Positions 47,549-58,417 of a DNA stretch of 64,000 nucleotides are shown here, one piece after another (the stretch's first letter is position 1; every line of letters starts with the position of its first letter). The notes beneath the pieces were generated by a model. It worked only from the letters and a program-made list of their open reading frames with translations. It was not told the origin of the DNA and did not search any database. This DNA comes from an uncultured Methanosarcinales archaeon (GTDB taxonomy: Archaea > Nanobdellota > Nanobdellia > Woesearchaeales > CAIVOO01), in contig CAZAIK010000007.1 in assembly GCA_964485195.1 (NCBI GenBank), forward strand, positions 1-64,000, in the 5' to 3' direction. Both the position numbers and the translations under genes were made by a program.

Positions 47549-47693
47549 AAATCTCACAAAATTCCAAAAGCTTTATAAATAATAAGCAAAATTTCTGCTG
47601 TATGCCAGCCGACCTTTCTTTTTAGGAATAAACGACAAATCGTAGCGTTAGCTGTCTAAAAAGAGAGAAATGGCTGTTATAGGCCAAAGGGAC

Positions 47694-47782
47694 GCCCTGG
47701 TAGTCTAGTGGCCTAGGATAGAGCCCTGTCGAGGCTCTGACCCGGGTTCAAATTGAAAAGCATGAAAATCCCGGCCAGGGCG
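47694..47782 (+). tRNA. tRNA-Asp(GTC) with T-loop intron (47753-47768)
   Basis: GCCCTGG/CCAGGGC acceptor, GAGCC-CTGTCGA-GGCTC anticodon arm; BHB TTCA-AA|T...TGAA-AA|T. Confidence 0.95.
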
Positions 47783-47836
47783 CTTAAATTCACGCTCCTC
47801 CAGTAAAATGAGCGCCAGGAGCATTTTACAGGAGAT

Positions 47837-47946
47837 GGGCCGGTGGCGCAGTCCGGAAGCGGCAGAACAGCTGGGCAATAGCGCATCTGGCTTTTAACCA
47901 GGTGGTCGCGGGTTCGAAACAAAAAGTGAAAATCCCGTCCGGCCCA
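47837..47946 (+). tRNA. tRNA-Lys(TTT) with D-loop (47857-47878) and T-loop (47919-47932) introns
   Basis: GGGCCGG/CCGGCCC acceptor, TCTGG-CTTTTAA-CCAGG anticodon arm; BHB helices GTCC/GGGC and TTCG/TGAA. Confidence 0.93.
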
Positions 47947-47977
47947 TTTAAAATTCGAGAGGCGAAGAAGGTTTAGC

Positions 47978-48211
47978 ATGGCAGAGAAGAAAAAACATTC
48001 CCTCGTTCCAGAACACAAGAAGCTTTCTGAGAAAGAAAAGACCGAACTTTTCAATAAGCACAAAATTACCCTGAACGAGCTGCCCAAGATTTTAACATCT
48101 GATCCGGCTATCGCTGACCTTGATGTGGAGGAGGGAGATGTTATTGAGATTAGGAGAAAAAGCGCCACGGCAGGGAATTCAATTTATTACAGGGGTGTGA
48201 TACGTGGTTGA
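47978..48211 (+). CDS. rpoH: RNA polymerase subunit Rpo5 (H)
   Basis: HSLVPEH...LPKILTSDPA...GDVIEIRRKS.TAG..IYYR. Confidence 0.97.
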   Translation: MAEKKKHSLVPEHKKLSEKEKTELFNKHKITLNELPKILTSDPAIADLDVEEGDVIEIRRKSATAGNSIYYRGVIRG

Positions 48212-49688
48212 TTCAAAAGTAATAATCCAGAAATATTTTGAGGAGCAAAGCATTGTAGATGCCAACCTGGAATCTTTCAATCATTTCATAGAGTCGGAGC
48301 TTAACAAGATAATACAGGAGAACAGGGAAATAGAGCCGACAATAATTCCCCACAATGTTGATGAGTTCAAGATAAAGCTGGACAAGATATGGGTAACCAA
48401 GCCGGAGATTACAGAGGCTGACGGCTCAAAAAGAAGATTGATGCCTTCAGAGGCAAGACTTAGAAAGATTACTTATTCTGCACCATGTTATATTGAGGTT
48501 TCTTCCCACATAAACGGCGTTCAGAGGGAAACATTCACCACTCAGATAGGCAGCATTCCAATTATGCTCAAGTCAAAGCACTGCAACCTTCACAAAATGT
48601 CCAGGGAAGAGCTGGTTCAGAACAATGAGGACCCTGACGACATCGGAGGATATTTCATAATTAACGGAACGGAGAAAGTGCTTATCAGCGTGGAGGACCT
48701 GGCGCCGAACAGGTTCATAGTTGAAAAGGCGTCAACAGGCGTTTCTGAATATGTTGGAAAAATATTCTGCGAAAAGGAAGCTTACAAAATACCCCACATG
48801 ATTGAAAGGCTGAAGGACGGGATCTTTTACATTTCCTTCACCAGGGTGAAAAGGGTGCCGGTGATTGTTCTCCTGAAGGCGCTCGGAATGATAAAGGACG
48901 AGGAGATAATGAAGTCTGTCTCCTTTGAAAAGCATTATGACGAGATGATAATAAACCTGTTTGAGTTTTCAGACGTGAAATCAGAGGAGGAAGCCCAGGA
49001 CATGATCGCGAAAAAGGCGGGCATTACGCAGTCAAAGGATATAAGGATAGAGAAGATAAAGGAGATACTGGATAAGTACCTTCTTCCCCAGGTAGGAATT
49101 TCGCATCTTGACAGGACATTCAAGGCAAGAAACCTGTGCAAGATGCTGAAAAAATTCATTGAGGTTTCCACAGGCTCAATGCCGATAGACGACAAGGACC
49201 ATTACATGAACAAGAGGCTAAAGCTTTCAGGGGACTTGATGTCGGACTTGATAAGGACAAATCTCAGGGTGCTCATCGGGGATTTGCTGTACAATTTCCA
49301 GAGGATAGTGAAAAGGGGAAAGTTCCCCTCGATAAAGGTAATAATAAGGGACAAGCTGCTGACGCAAAGGGTTTACTCTGCTATGGCCACGGGCTCCTGG
49401 ATAGGGGGGCGTGAGGGAATTTCCCAGAGAATCCAGAGGACTAATTTCCTTGAGATGGTGAGCCACGCGCAAAGGGTTGTTTCACCGCTGGCGGCAAGCC
49501 AGGAAAACTTTGCCGCAAGAGGGCTTCACCCCACGCACATAGGAAGGCTCTGCCCCATTGAAACACCTGAGGGAACAAACATAGGGCTGAGAAAGAACTT
49601 AAGCATGCTTGCAAACGTGACAAAGGACATGCCTGACGATGAGGTGCTTAAGCAGCTGAGGTCTTTAGGAATGGAGGCAATCAGATAA
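48204..49688 (+). CDS. rpoB2: RNA polymerase subunit B'' (Rpo2N)
   Basis: GGYFIINGTEKV, DDKDHYMNKRL, CPIETPEGTNIGL. Confidence 0.97.
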   Translation: MVDSKVIIQKYFEEQSIVDANLESFNHFIESELNKIIQENREIEPTIIPHNVDEFKIKLDKIWVTKPEITEADGSKRRLMPSEARLRKITYSAPCYIEVSSHINGVQRETFTTQIGSIPIMLKSKHCNLHKMSREELVQNNEDPDDIGGYFIINGTEKVLISVEDLAPNRFIVEKASTGVSEYVGKIFCEKEAYKIPHMIERLKDGIFYISFTRVKRVPVIVLLKALGMIKDEEIMKSVSFEKHYDEMIINLFEFSDVKSEEEAQDMIAKKAGITQSKDIRIEKIKEILDKYLLPQVGISHLDRTFKARNLCKMLKKFIEVSTGSMPIDDKDHYMNKRLKLSGDLMSDLIRTNLRVLIGDLLYNFQRIVKRGKFPSIKVIIRDKLLTQRVYSAMATGSWIGGREGISQRIQRTNFLEMVSHAQRVVSPLAASQENFAARGLHPTHIGRLCPIETPEGTNIGLRKNLSMLANVTKDMPDDEVLKQLRSLGMEAIR

Positions 49689-51487
49689 TGACAGATGTAT
49701 ACCTAAACAATAAGTTCGTTGGGACCATTGAGAACCCGGCAGATTTTGCCCAGCGGATAGTGGATGAAAGAAGAAAAGGCGTTATGGAACCTAATGTAAA
49801 TGTATTCTTCTCCAAAAAGGATGATGAGGTATATGTGGAAAACTCAAAGGGAAGGGTAAGAAGGCCTTTGATTGTTGTAAAAGACGGGAAATCCCTGCTG
49901 ACAGACAGGCACATTCAGCAGCTGGAGCAGGGGGAGATAGGCTGGTCTGACCTGCTGAAGCAGGGGATAATAGAATACCTTGACCCTCTGGAAGAGGAAA
50001 ATACATATGTTGCTTATTTTGAAAAGGATCTCACAAACGAACACACGCATCTTGAAATATCCCCTATCGTAATGTTCGGGCTGATAGCATCCCTGGTTCC
50101 ATTTGCAAATCACACCCCTTCAGCAAGAATCAACGGAGGAACAAAAAACCAGAGACAGGGACTGGGGCTTTACGCTTCCAACTACCTGGTAAGGATGGAT
50201 GTTGATTTAAGCATACTTCACAATCCGCAGGTTCCCATAGTCCAGACGATAATGCACGAGCTGATAGATTATGCAAAACATCCTTCAGGGCAGAACGTAA
50301 CTGTTGCTGTTATGAGCTATAAGGGATACAATATGGAAGATGCCCTTATAATAAACAAGGGCTCAATTGAGAGAGGAATGGGAAGGTCGACATATTTCAA
50401 GCCCGTGGTGGCAGAAGAATTAAGATATGCAGGGGGGCTCACGGATGATATATCAATCCCTGAAAAGGATGTCAAGGGATACAGGAGCGAGCACGATTAC
50501 AGGCTGCTTGAGGAGGACGGCATCATATATCCTGAAGCAGAGATAGGGGAGGGGGATGTTGTGATTGGCAAGACCAGCCCCCCAAGATTCCTGAGTGGCG
50601 CTGAGGAATACAGCCTTGCCGCAAATGTAAGGCGCGAAAGCTCCCTGGCCATACCCCACGGAGAGCAGGGAAAAATAGACTTTGTTGTGGTAACTGAAAG
50701 CGAGGAAGGAAACAAGTTAGTGCAGGCAAGGATAAGGGATGAAAGGATCCCTGAGATAGGGGACAAGTTCACTTCAAGGCACGGCCAGAAAGGAGTCATA
50801 GGAATGATAATAAAAGAGGCAGATATGCCTTTCACAGCTTCGGGAATCACACCCGACGTAATCTTCAGCCCTCACAGCATTCCCACAAGGCAGTCAATGT
50901 CACACCTTATAGAGCTTCTGGGAGGCAAGGTTGGAGCGCTTGGCTCAAGAAAGATTGACGGAACAACATTCAATGCAGAATCAAGCGCAGACCTGAGGAA
51001 GGAACTGCACACATACGGCTTCAGGGAAAACGGCGTTGAAGCAATGTATAACGGGGAGACCGGAGAGCAGATGAATGCAAGAATCTTTGTTGGAAACATG
51101 TATTACCTCAAGCTGAAGTACATGGTTGCCAACAAGATACAGTCAAGGGCGAGAGGGCCTATACAGCTGCTTACAAGACAGCCCACTGAAGGAAGGGCAA
51201 AAGAGGGAGGAATGCGCCTTGGAGAGATGGAGAAGGACACCTTTGTTGCGCACGGCGCTTCATTGCTCTTGAAGGAAAGGTTCGATGCAGACAGGACAGT
51301 GCTTCCAATATGCGAGTCCTGCGGAATGATAGCTGTTCATAACGAATTCAAGAAGAGATCATACTGCCCGGTATGCGGGGAAAGCGAGATTTCAAACATA
51401 GAGATAGCCTATGCCTTCAAGCTTCTGCTTGACGAGCTCAAGGCAATGGGGATTTATCCAAAGATGGTGCTAAAGACAAAATACTGA
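49688..51487 (+). CDS. rpoB1: RNA polymerase subunit B' (Rpo2C)
   Basis: GYNMEDA, GDKFTSRHGQKG, RQPTEGRAKEGGMRLGEMEKD, zinc finger. Confidence 0.97.
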   Translation: MTDVYLNNKFVGTIENPADFAQRIVDERRKGVMEPNVNVFFSKKDDEVYVENSKGRVRRPLIVVKDGKSLLTDRHIQQLEQGEIGWSDLLKQGIIEYLDPLEEENTYVAYFEKDLTNEHTHLEISPIVMFGLIASLVPFANHTPSARINGGTKNQRQGLGLYASNYLVRMDVDLSILHNPQVPIVQTIMHELIDYAKHPSGQNVTVAVMSYKGYNMEDALIINKGSIERGMGRSTYFKPVVAEELRYAGGLTDDISIPEKDVKGYRSEHDYRLLEEDGIIYPEAEIGEGDVVIGKTSPPRFLSGAEEYSLAANVRRESSLAIPHGEQGKIDFVVVTESEEGNKLVQARIRDERIPEIGDKFTSRHGQKGVIGMIIKEADMPFTASGITPDVIFSPHSIPTRQSMSHLIELLGGKVGALGSRKIDGTTFNAESSADLRKELHTYGFRENGVEAMYNGETGEQMNARIFVGNMYYLKLKYMVANKIQSRARGPIQLLTRQPTEGRAKEGGMRLGEMEKDTFVAHGASLLLKERFDADRTVLPICESCGMIAVHNEFKKRSYCPVCGESEISNIEIAYAFKLLLDELKAMGIYPKMVLKTKY

Positions 51488-51489
51488 AA

Positions 51490-54102
51490 ATGGAAGAGGA
51501 ATACATATACAAGCAGGTAAAAAGCATTGTTTTCGGGCTTCTTAACCCGAAGCAGATAAAGAAGATGGCCACTGTTAAAGTGGTGACTCCCGAGCTTTAT
51601 GACAAGGAGGGCTACCCTGTCGACGGGGGGCTTATGGACATAAGAATGGGAGTGATTGACCCCGGGTTGAGATGCAAGACCTGCGGTTCAAAACTGAAAG
51701 AGTGCCCGGGCCATTTCGGATATATCGAGCTTGCCCGTCCGGTGATTCACGTAAGTTTCATTTCATTAATATTCAGTTTATTGAAATCAACGTGCCGTGA
51801 CTGCGGCAGGATACTCCTTCCCAATGCAAAGGCAGAGAAGCTAAAGGAAAAACTAGAGACAGTCGGCAGGACAGTTGGCCCTGAAGCAAGGAGGAAAGTA
51901 ATCAAGAGCATGATTACCTCGCTGAAGACCACGAACAAGTGCCCTTACTGCAGGGCGAGACAGCAGAAGGTGACTCTTGAAAAGCCAACGACCTTTTTTG
52001 AAAACGAGAAAAGGCTGTCGCCCATAGAGATAAGGGCAAGGCTGGAGAAGATTTCCGATGAGGATGCAGAGCTCTTCGGAATCAATCCAAATTCAATGAG
52101 GCCGGAATGGGCAGTGCTCACGATTTTGCCCATACCGCCGCTGACTATGAGGCCAAGCATCACCCTTGAGTCAGGCGAGCGTTCAGAAGATGACCTCACC
52201 CACAAGCTGGGGGACATTGTGAGGATTAACCAGAGGCTTTTTGAGAACATAAACGCAGGCGCGCCTGAAATAATAATTGAGGACTTGTGGGACTTGCTGA
52301 AATATCACACCACAACCTATTTCAACAACGCGATAGCTCAGCTTCCCCCTGCAAGGCACAGGAGCGGGCAGCCTCTCAAAACCCTGACAGAGAGGATTAA
52401 AAGCAAGGAAGGAAGGATAAGGTACAACCTTGCGGGCAAGAGGACAAATTTCTCTGCAAGAACAGTAATAAGCCCTGACCCTATGATAGGAATGACAGAT
52501 GTGGGGATACCTTTTGTTATGGCGGCAAAGCTGACAATTCCGGAAAGAGTAACCCAGTGGAACCTTGAATATCTCAAGGCTTTTGTTGAAAAAGGCCCAA
52601 AAGAATATCCAGGAGCCAATTACGTGGTAAGGCCCGACGGAAGGAAGAAAAGGATTACCGACGAGACAAAAGAGCAGTTGCTGGAGGAACTTCAGCCGGG
52701 CTACATTGTTGAAAGGCACTTGATGGAGGGGGACGTGGCAATTTACAACAGGCAGCCTTCCCTTCACAGGATGTCAATGATGTGCCACCGGGTCAAGGTC
52801 CTGCCGGGCAGGACGTTCAGGATGAACCCTTCTGTCTGCAACCCTTACAACGCCGACTTCGACGGGGACGAGATGAACCTGCACATACCCCAGACAGAGG
52901 AGGCCAGGGCAGAGGCAGAGATTATAATGGAAGTGCAGACCCAGCTCATTTCCCCAGGTTATGGATTGAGTGTTATGGGCTGCATCCACGACAGCATATC
53001 AGGAAACTTCCTCCTCACAAGGGATCTTGAATTTTCAAGAAAGGACGCGGCAAGGCTGCTGGTTTCAGCAGGCGTTGATGACATTTCAAAACTGCCCAGC
53101 AAGGAAAAAATAAGCGGAAAGGAAATATTCAGCGTTCTGATCCCTGACGACTTTTCATTCTCAGGCCATTCAAGAATGTGCAAGAAAAAAGGGGAAAAAT
53201 GCGACGACCTCTCTCACGTCGTGATAGAGAAAGGAAAGATGAAGCAGGGAATCATTGACGGCGCGAACATCGGGAAGGGAGAAGGCCTTATGCTGAGAAA
53301 CCTGCATCACAAGTACGGGGCAGACTTCACGGCTGACTTCATTTCAAAGGTTTCCAAGCTGGGGATAAACGTCCTCCTGCAGACAGGGTTTTCCGCAGCG
53401 CTCTCAGACACAGACCTCCCGGAGATTGCAAAGCAGAAGATAAAGCAGGTGCTGGACGAATCCTACCTCGTCGTGGACGACCTCATCAAGGCATATGAGG
53501 AAGGAACTCTTGAGGCATTTCCCGGGAAGACCATAAAGGAGACGCTGGAACTGAAAATACTGGAAACGCTGAACAAGGCGAGGAACAAGACAAGCAGCAT
53601 AGTAAGCGAGTATTCCGCCAAGCAGGAAGACACTGACACCATCATTATGGCAAAATCAGGGGCCAGGGGAAGCCTGCTCCAAATGGCGCAGATTGCCGCA
53701 ACAGTGGGACAGCAGGCCCTTCGCGGGAAGCGGGTTGACCTGGGATTCACTGAAAGAACCCTCTCCTATTTCAAGAAAAATGATTTGACTGCGCCCGCAA
53801 GAGGCTTTATCAGGGTAGGATACAAGGCAGGGCTGAGCCCTGCTGAGTTCTTCTTCCAGGCAATGACAGGAAGGGACTCCCTTATGGACACTGCATTAAG
53901 AACGCCCAAGTCAGGATATCTTTACAGGAGGCTTTCAAACGCAATGCAGGACTTGAAAGTTGATTATGACAACACAGTAAGGGACGCCAGCAACAAGATA
54001 ATACAGTTCCAGTATGGAGAGGACAGCGTTGACGTCTCAAAATCAGTGGGTGGAAAGATTGACGTGAAGAAAATCATAAGAAGTGTATTAGAGGGAATGT
54101 AA
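51490..54102 (+). CDS. rpoA1: RNA polymerase subunit A' (Rpo1N)
   Basis: Catalytic [24 protein letters not shown]. Confidence 0.98.
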   Translation: MEEEYIYKQVKSIVFGLLNPKQIKKMATVKVVTPELYDKEGYPVDGGLMDIRMGVIDPGLRCKTCGSKLKECPGHFGYIELARPVIHVSFISLIFSLLKSTCRDCGRILLPNAKAEKLKEKLETVGRTVGPEARRKVIKSMITSLKTTNKCPYCRARQQKVTLEKPTTFFENEKRLSPIEIRARLEKISDEDAELFGINPNSMRPEWAVLTILPIPPLTMRPSITLESGERSEDDLTHKLGDIVRINQRLFENINAGAPEIIIEDLWDLLKYHTTTYFNNAIAQLPPARHRSGQPLKTLTERIKSKEGRIRYNLAGKRTNFSARTVISPDPMIGMTDVGIPFVMAAKLTIPERVTQWNLEYLKAFVEKGPKEYPGANYVVRPDGRKKRITDETKEQLLEELQPGYIVERHLMEGDVAIYNRQPSLHRMSMMCHRVKVLPGRTFRMNPSVCNPYNADFDGDEMNLHIPQTEEARAEAEIIMEVQTQLISPGYGLSVMGCIHDSISGNFLLTRDLEFSRKDAARLLVSAGVDDISKLPSKEKISGKEIFSVLIPDDFSFSGHSRMCKKKGEKCDDLSHVVIEKGKMKQGIIDGANIGKGEGLMLRNLHHKYGADFTADFISKVSKLGINVLLQTGFSAALSDTDLPEIAKQKIKQVLDESYLVVDDLIKAYEEGTLEAFPGKTIKETLELKILETLNKARNKTSSIVSEYSAKQEDTDTIIMAKSGARGSLLQMAQIAATVGQQALRGKRVDLGFTERTLSYFKKNDLTAPARGFIRVGYKAGLSPAEFFFQAMTGRDSLMDTALRTPKSGYLYRRLSNAMQDLKVDYDNTVRDASNKIIQFQYGEDSVDVSKSVGGKIDVKKIIRSVLEGM

Positions 54103-54103
54103 A

Positions 54104-55243
54104 ATGGAAGAGCTATTCAAGGAATATGAAAAGAAACTGAACCCGAAAATATTAGAGGAGATTAGGGAGAACATTCCTGAAAAGACGAGCAAGCAAAACC
54201 TCAAGAAAATACTGGACACCGCAGTGGAGGTTTATGAGAATTCAAGGATAGACTCAGGAGAGTGTACAGGATTGATTGCTGCCCAGTCCATAGGAGAGCC
54301 AAGCACCCAGATGATTATGAGGACATTCCATTTCGCAGGTGTTGCAGAAATGAACGTGACGATGGGCCTGCCCAGAATAATAGAAATCCTTGACGCCACC
54401 AAGTCCATAAGCACGCCCATGATGGAGATATACCTGAAAGAGCCTTACAACAAGGGCGAGCAGGTAAAAGAGATGGCAATGATGATAAAAGAGGTAAAGC
54501 TTGAGGACATCGCTTCAGAGTTCTCCATTAACATAGCAGATTTCACCATAACCATAACGCTGGAAGAGGAAAAGCTGAAGCCCCTCGACACAACGGTTTT
54601 CAAGGTTGCCAAGGCAGTAAGCAAGCTCTTAAAGTCGCTGGACGTAAAGTCAGAGGGAAACAAGCTGATAGCGAAATTGGGAAGCAAGGGAGAGAGCATA
54701 AACACATTGTACAAGTTAAAGGAAAAGATAAAGCAGGTAAACATAAGCGGAATAAAAGGCATAAAACAGGTGCTGCCTGTCAGGAGGGGGGATGAATACA
54801 TCATACTGACTGCAGGCTCCAGCTTCAAGACAATACTGGGGCTGGAATACGTTGACGAGGAAAGGACAGTCACCAATGACATAAATGAGATTGCGAGCGT
54901 GCTGGGAGTAGAGGCTGCCCGCCAGGCAATAATAGATGAGGTAACTAAAGTCATAGACAGCCAGGGCCTCAAGGTTGACATAAGGCACATAATGCTCGTC
55001 GCTGACACTATGTGCGTAACAGGGCAGGTAAAGGGAATAACAAGGTATGGGGTTGTGAGCGAAAAGTCAAGCGTTCTCGCAAGGGCATCATTCGAGACGC
55101 CTATCAAGCACCTGATAAGGGCGGCTGTTGTGGGTGAAGAGGACAAATTGACCAGTGTTATAGAGAATGTTATGCTTAATCAGCCCATTCCCATAGGGAC
55201 AGGAATAACCACCCTGAAAACAAAGCTTGGCAAGAAGGATTAA
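54104..55243 (+). CDS. rpoA2: RNA polymerase subunit A'' (Rpo1C)
   Basis: [29 protein letters not shown]. Confidence 0.97.
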   Translation: MEELFKEYEKKLNPKILEEIRENIPEKTSKQNLKKILDTAVEVYENSRIDSGECTGLIAAQSIGEPSTQMIMRTFHFAGVAEMNVTMGLPRIIEILDATKSISTPMMEIYLKEPYNKGEQVKEMAMMIKEVKLEDIASEFSINIADFTITITLEEEKLKPLDTTVFKVAKAVSKLLKSLDVKSEGNKLIAKLGSKGESINTLYKLKEKIKQVNISGIKGIKQVLPVRRGDEYIILTAGSSFKTILGLEYVDEERTVTNDINEIASVLGVEAARQAIIDEVTKVIDSQGLKVDIRHIMLVADTMCVTGQVKGITRYGVVSEKSSVLARASFETPIKHLIRAAVVGEEDKLTSVIENVMLNQPIPIGTGITTLKTKLGKKD

Positions 55244-55770
55244 GTTTCATACTTTTTTAATGATTCTTTTGTAATTAAAGATAGTTCAATAGGAGAAACC
55301 TGATAGTTGCTGGTGCATTTTATACCAAAGCTTACTGCATCTTCCGGGTTAAAAATCCGTGAAATTCTGTTTTTTACCCTAAACTTAACATTCCCCCTGT
55401 CAAATAAACTTGCATTGTCGCCCGCAGGATGTATAAGTTTTTTCTCCACATCTGAAACAGGCCCTTCATCCCCTGCAGCGATCAGGGGTATTGAGTTGTA
55501 ACGGCAATCTAAAACATTGCTGTCCCTGAAAATTACTTCCCTGCAAAAACTTCCAGAAACGTATAAATCATCCAATCCTTCCTCTTTAAGTTTGTTAAAA
55601 ACCAATTCAACTTTAGGCCTGTCAACAAAACTGAAAGCATTTTGCCAATAGGCTCTGGTGCTGAGCCTGACGCAGAGTAGGTCGCCTGCCGGATCTGCAA
55701 TCACCACCCTTCTCATAAGCAGATATCTTTTGCAGTCATATTTAAATTTTCCCATTAAATTTAAAAACAA
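55240..55770 (-). CDS. hypothetical protein
   Basis: 176-aa ORF; true start may lie downstream (MRRVV). Confidence 0.5.
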   Translation of the reverse strand: MFLNLMGKFKYDCKRYLLMRRVVIADPAGDLLCVRLSTRAYWQNAFSFVDRPKVELVFNKLKEEGLDDLYVSGSFCREVIFRDSNVLDCRYNSIPLIAAGDEGPVSDVEKKLIHPAGDNASLFDRGNVKFRVKNRISRIFNPEDAVSFGIKCTSNYQVSPIELSLITKESLKKYET

Positions 55771-55791
55771 GAATGCAAATATTACCCTGTT

Positions 55792-56724
55792 ATGGCAAGG
55801 AAAAAGGATTCTGAAAAGGCGGGCAAAAGGAAAGCCAGGAAAAAAACATCCAAGAAAAAGGCTTCCAGGAACATTCTTGTCTCCAAGGTAATAGCGGGCA
55901 AGGATCTTAAAAGGGCGGTCAGCAGGGCAGTTGAGCTTATCGGGGGCTTCCTGAACTTCATAGGCGAGAACGAAACAATAGTTGTGAAGCCCAACTTCAA
56001 CACCAATGATGAATATCCCGGCTCAAGCGACCCTGAGTTTGTAAAAGCAGTGATCGAATTACTATATCAGCACGGCGCAAGAAAAGTGATAGTTGCAGAG
56101 TCATCTTGCTTCCACGAGAATTCCAGGAAAATGATGGCGCACTTCTTGCCCGTGGCGGAGAAGGCAAAGGCAGAAGTGGTAATTCTTGACGAGAAAAACA
56201 ACTGGAAACGGGTGGAGGTGAACGGAAAGAAAAGAAAGTTCTTTGATGTTTCAGAAACCTATCTCAAAGCCAGGAAGACAATCTGGTTGCCGTGCATGAA
56301 AACTCACAAGCAGGCAGGGTTCACCCTTTCCCTGAAGCTTCCCATGGGGATGATTAAGGGAGCCAACAGGATGAAGATGCACATCTGGGGCCTGCAGGAA
56401 AAGATAGCTGACATGAACCTGGCAGTGCCCGCTCCCGACCTGATAATAATGGACGCAAGAAAGTGCTTTATCACAGGCGGCCCTTCCAACGGTGAAGTGA
56501 GAGAGCCAGACCTCATAATGGCTGCTGATGACAGGATAGCACTTGATGTTGAGGCTGTGAAGGTGATACAGGAGTTCAGGGGAAACAAGCTCGGGCACAA
56601 GAACCCCTGGGATTTCAAGCAGGTAAGGACAGCTGTTGAAAACAGGATAGACAGGGCAAGGTCAGAAGAGGACTACAAGGTTCTTTATGCTGACACGCTT
56701 TCCAAGAAAAGAGAGGCTTTCTAA
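55792..56724 (+). CDS. DUF362 domain protein with Lys-rich N-terminal tail
   Basis: VVKPNF, PCMKTH, TLSLK, GGPSNG, DRIALD. Confidence 0.85.
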   Translation: MARKKDSEKAGKRKARKKTSKKKASRNILVSKVIAGKDLKRAVSRAVELIGGFLNFIGENETIVVKPNFNTNDEYPGSSDPEFVKAVIELLYQHGARKVIVAESSCFHENSRKMMAHFLPVAEKAKAEVVILDEKNNWKRVEVNGKKRKFFDVSETYLKARKTIWLPCMKTHKQAGFTLSLKLPMGMIKGANRMKMHIWGLQEKIADMNLAVPAPDLIIMDARKCFITGGPSNGEVREPDLIMAADDRIALDVEAVKVIQEFRGNKLGHKNPWDFKQVRTAVENRIDRARSEEDYKVLYADTLSKKREAF

Positions 56725-57164
56725 AGGTTCCTTGCAAATTCTCTTGCTCTTTCCAAATCCTTCCTGTTGGGCCTTTTCTTGTTTATCCCGCCAATAAGCC
56801 TGAAGGGGCCTATGGTGTCATAGCCGGGACAGCAGAATTCCCCGAGAATGTTGCAATCCTTTTTTTTCAGCCTGTTCCTTAACGCAGCATGCCATATCCT
56901 GTTAAGCAGGGGCATCCCTGCTGTTGAGAAAATGAAAACATCCTTGTTAAATTCACTGGCTTTCCCGATGAGATTCAGCAGTTTTTTGTGATGCCTGCCT
57001 GCATAAATCCCGGAGCCAAGCCCTATCAAGTCATATTTCTTCAGCTCCTTCAGTGAAATTTCATTTGCCTTTGCAATCCTTGCCTTCAAAGCCTTTGCCA
57101 TTGCCCTGGCTATCTTTTCAGTATTGCCCTTGTGTATGGACATATAGATTATTATTGGTTTCAT
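56721..57164 (-). CDS. flavodoxin family protein
   Basis: YMSIHKGNTEKIA, GLGSGIY, FSTAG. Confidence 0.9.
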   Translation of the reverse strand: MKPIIIYMSIHKGNTEKIARAMAKALKARIAKANEISLKELKKYDLIGLGSGIYAGRHHKKLLNLIGKASEFNKDVFIFSTAGMPLLNRIWHAALRNRLKKKDCNILGEFCCPGYDTIGPFRLIGGINKKRPNRKDLERAREFARNL

Positions 57165-57165
57165 T

Positions 57166-57441
57166 TCAATAACCTTTGTATCTTTGTAACCTTTTATAAA
57201 TATTTTTCCTATGGTTCGTCATTACAACTTGTAAAACTGCTTTGGTAGTATCTAACCTTATTATTAATCTGTAATTGCCGCAACGTAATTTGTACAATGT
57301 ATGCCCAGATAGCCTTTCAAGAAAATGCTGGGGGTTTTTAGCTGTTTTAATGAGCTTTTTTAGTATTAATTCACAAGTTTTCTTGCTTGTATCATCCAAG
57401 TCTTTTTCCGCTGTTTTTGAAATCTGGACGGAAAATCTCAT
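57166..57441 (-). CDS. relE: type II toxin, RelE/ParE family
   Basis: ISKTAEKDL...YKLRCGNYRLI...HRKNIY. Confidence 0.88.
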   Translation of the reverse strand: MRFSVQISKTAEKDLDDTSKKTCELILKKLIKTAKNPQHFLERLSGHTLYKLRCGNYRLIIRLDTTKAVLQVVMTNHRKNIYKRLQRYKGY

Positions 57442-57671
57442 TCAAGGGAGATCCCTCTTTTTTTAGCATACTTTTCCAGGCTTGTAACCCTGCCATCCTT
57501 TAAGTCTTCCAACCCTTTTTTTATCTTTTCAATAGCCTTTTCTGTCAGCTCTTCTTCTTCAATTGTACTGATCAGTTTGTTTATGATTTCATCGTAGCTT
57601 TCTTTAGAAAACTCTTTGAAATATTTCAACCTTTCAAGGGTTTTTTCCTTAACCTGGATGGTCGTGTTCAT
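57438..57671 (-). CDS. antitoxin (ribbon-helix-helix type)
   Basis: TTIQVKEKT...ESYDEIINKLI; overlaps the relE start. Confidence 0.82.
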   Translation of the reverse strand: MNTTIQVKEKTLERLKYFKEFSKESYDEIINKLISTIEEEELTEKAIEKIKKGLEDLKDGRVTSLEKYAKKRGISLE

Positions 57672-57706
57672 TTTATATAGTTGTTATAGCTAATATATAA
57701 ATTTTT

Positions 57707-58414
57707 CTAATATCTCCCTCCGAGATAAACGTTCCTTATTTTTTTATGCTTTATAATCTTTTTCCCCCCTTCCAGAGCAATCCTGCCGTCTTCGAGAAGG
57801 TAAGTCCTGTCCGCAATCTCTATGGCTTTTTTCGCATTCTGCTCAACAATGAGTACGGAAATGCCGTCCTTTTTTAGCTTTTTTATTGTGCTAAACAGCT
57901 CTTTCTGAAGCTTGGGGCTTAAACCCAGGGAAGGCTCGTCAAGCATAAGGAGGTGGGGGTTTTGCATCAGCGCCCTTCCCAGTGCGAGCATCTGCTGCTG
58001 ACCTCCGCTCAGGGTGAAAGCTCTCTTGTCCTGTTTTTCTTTCAGGACAGGGAACTTGCTGAAAACATTTTTTATGTTTTTTTCAATAACTTCCCTGTCA
58101 TTGGTAAGTTTCGCTCCCATCTCAAGATTCTCTTTTACAGTAAGATTGTCAAAATTAATCTTTCCCTGCGGCACGTAGCTAATGCCCAGTTCCAGCAATT
58201 CGTGGGTTTTCAGGTGGGTTATGTCTTTTCCCCTGAATCTTATCTTTCCCCTTGAAACATCGGCAATGCTGAAAACTGCCTTTATTATGGTGCTCTTCCC
58301 TGCTCCGTTCGGGCCGATAAGTGCCACTATTTCGTTCGGCCTGACTTCAAGGTCAATGCCTTTCAGCACCTTAAGCTCGCCGTATCCGGCTTCCAGATTG
58401 TTTAGTTTAAGCAT
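57707..58414 (-). CDS. livF: branched-chain amino acid ABC transporter ATPase
   Basis: GPNGAGKS, LSGGQQQM, DEPSLGL, VEQN, YLG. Confidence 0.93.
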   Translation of the reverse strand: MLKLNNLEAGYGELKVLKGIDLEVRPNEIVALIGPNGAGKSTIIKAVFSIADVSRGKIRFRGKDITHLKTHELLELGISYVPQGKINFDNLTVKENLEMGAKLTNDREVIEKNIKNVFSKFPVLKEKQDKRAFTLSGGQQQMLALGRALMQNPHLLMLDEPSLGLSPKLQKELFSTIKKLKKDGISVLIVEQNAKKAIEIADRTYLLEDGRIALEGGKKIIKHKKIRNVYLGGRY

Positions 58415-58417
58415 TTT

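Noticed and set aside
47713..48168. 151-aa minus-strand ORF
   Set aside because: Antisense to two tRNAs and rpoH.
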